A stretch of DNA of 64,000 bases. Origin: an uncultured Methanosarcinales archaeon (GTDB lineage Archaea > Nanobdellota > Nanobdellia > Woesearchaeales > JAGLXL01). How positions within the stretch are numbered: the first letter of the stretch is position 1; every line of letters begins with the position of its first letter. A program made the position numbers and the translations under genes. This document shows positions 63,029-64,000 of the stretch, piece by piece. Location: contig CAYLKE010000006.1 of NCBI GenBank assembly GCA_964384425.1, positions 15,174 to 79,173 of the forward strand, in the 5' to 3' direction. The notes beneath the pieces are model-generated. The model worked only from the letters and a program-made list of their open reading frames with translations. It did no database searches and was not told the DNA's origin.

Positions 63029-63158
63029 ATCACCTCTTGATTATAATTTATAATTATAATTGTTCTTTTGTTTTTAAATGTTATTATAATTTTTGTTGTA
63101 ATTTTTATTATTTTGAATATAGTAAATTATTTAATTACTTGCAATATTTAATTTTTAT

Positions 63159-64000
63159 ATGGACATAGGAACTAAAATAATTGATGATGTTATAGTTAAT
63201 CAATTAATACTTTCAATAAAAACCAAAAAAGAATTTATTGGAATTGAAAATTCACTTATCAAAAAAGAGATAAAAAATGTTTTAAAAAGAAATAATATTC
63301 TTTGTAATTATCTTTTATCTAAAAAAATTAGTTTCCGGTCTGATAAATTTAAAAAAATAGTAAAACTCGTAAGAGCAACACTTAGACAAAAATATAGTAT
63401 GTTTATAGTTAATTTAAATCAAAGAGATAAATTACTTGAGAAATTAAAAGATATAAATGACAAAGAACTAAGAAATAAATTATTGAAATTACATGTTTCT
63501 TCAAAAGAAAGAATACCTCTGTATGATTTTTTATTTGAAGATATATTCAAATTAACTGGAGAACCCAAAACAATATTAGATCTTGGATGTGGATTCAATC
63601 CTATTGCCTTTCCATTTGATAAATATAATGTAAAATATTATGCTTCAGATATATCAAAATCAGATTGTGATTTTTTAAATTATTATTTTAAAAAAATAGA
63701 TGTTGAGTGTAGTGCAAAATCTCTTGATTTAACATTATTAAATAAAAAAAAGAATTTATTAGAAATATTTCCTTTTGTTGATATTTGTTTTTTACTTAAA
63801 TTACTTGAATCCATTGAATTAAAAGGACATAAATTAGCTGAATTACTTCTTGAGAACATAAAAGCTAAATGGATTGTTGTAAGTTTTCCAAAGAAAAAAT
63901 TATCTGGTAAAAGAATGAATAGAATTGAGAGAAAATGGTTTGAAAAAATATGTGAAAGGAAAAAATATTCTTTTAAAAAATTAGATTATGAGAATGAGTT
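63159..64000 (+). CDS. ArmA/Rmt (FmrO)-family 16S rRNA (guanine1405-N7)-methyltransferase homologue, 3'-truncated by the window edge (not in the ORF track)
   Basis: Manual translation is open from the ATG at 63159 to nt 64000. Blocks LLKLHVSSKERIPLYDFLFEDIF, KTILDLGCGFNPIAFPF, YYASDIS, ICFLLKLL, WIVVSFPKKKLSGKRMN and RKWFE line up with ArmA blocks LLKIHSSTNER / ILDFGCGFNPLAL / YHAYDID / VVFLLKML / FVISFPIKSLSGKEKG / QLWFE (ArmA sequence recalled from memory). Confidence 0.7.
   Translation, partial: MDIGTKIIDDVIVNQLILSIKTKKEFIGIENSLIKKEIKNVLKRNNILCNYLLSKKISFRSDKFKKIVKLVRATLRQKYSMFIVNLNQRDKLLEKLKDINDKELRNKLLKLHVSSKERIPLYDFLFEDIFKLTGEPKTILDLGCGFNPIAFPFDKYNVKYYASDISKSDCDFLNYYFKKIDVECSAKSLDLTLLNKKKNLLEIFPFVDICFLLKLLESIELKGHKLAELLLENIKAKWIVVSFPKKKLSGKRMNRIERKWFEKICERKKYSFKKLDYENE

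Overview
Identifications below come from reading motifs by eye. No searches or computations were run.

The window is a densely packed, visibly AT-rich (not computed) archaeal chromosomal segment with about 70 genes on both strands. Archaeal identity is well supported:
- Transcription and chromatin: TFB, TFE-alpha, TFS, Alba.
- Replication and repair: RadA, SMC.
- tRNA and RNA processing: RNase P Pop5, class-I CCA-adding enzyme, Elp3, Taw1/TYW1, Bud32, Fap7.
- Ribosomal proteins: S17e, L10e and L41e.
- tRNAs: four genes, two with introns, including tRNA-Tyr with the archaeal C1:G72 pair.

Metabolism is patchy: enolase, a 2-oxoacid:ferredoxin oxidoreductase and rubrerythrin. There are huge surface proteins and many lysine-rich low-complexity tails. 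Together these suggest a DPANN-like, anaerobic, host-associated archaeon; that lineage call is inference.

The strongest hit is a 1.33-kb single-gene cassette (20368..21725). It encodes a stand-alone RelA/SpoT synthetase-fold protein with a C-terminal extension, an architecture like CapRel-type fused toxSAS defence proteins. Exact 24-bp direct repeats bracket it between gpsA and metG. Its upstream region holds a duplicated 49-bp control element with four TGCGCAAA motifs.

Other notable items:
- An ArmA/Rmt-family 16S rRNA methyltransferase homologue running off the right edge; it is absent from the ORF track.
- A MazF-type toxin-antitoxin pair next to radA, with a palindromic operator.
- A CBS protein with an HPF/RaiA-like C-terminal domain.
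- TFE fused to an H1-like lysine tail.
- A Hanks-type kinase split by a frameshift.
- An att-like duplication of the tRNA-Gly(GCC) 3' end.
- Two tandem HIT paralogues that both lack the nucleophile histidine.
- A bacterial-type GpsA.
- An untracked L41e mini-ORF.

No CRISPR array, rRNA, transposase or integrase gene was seen.
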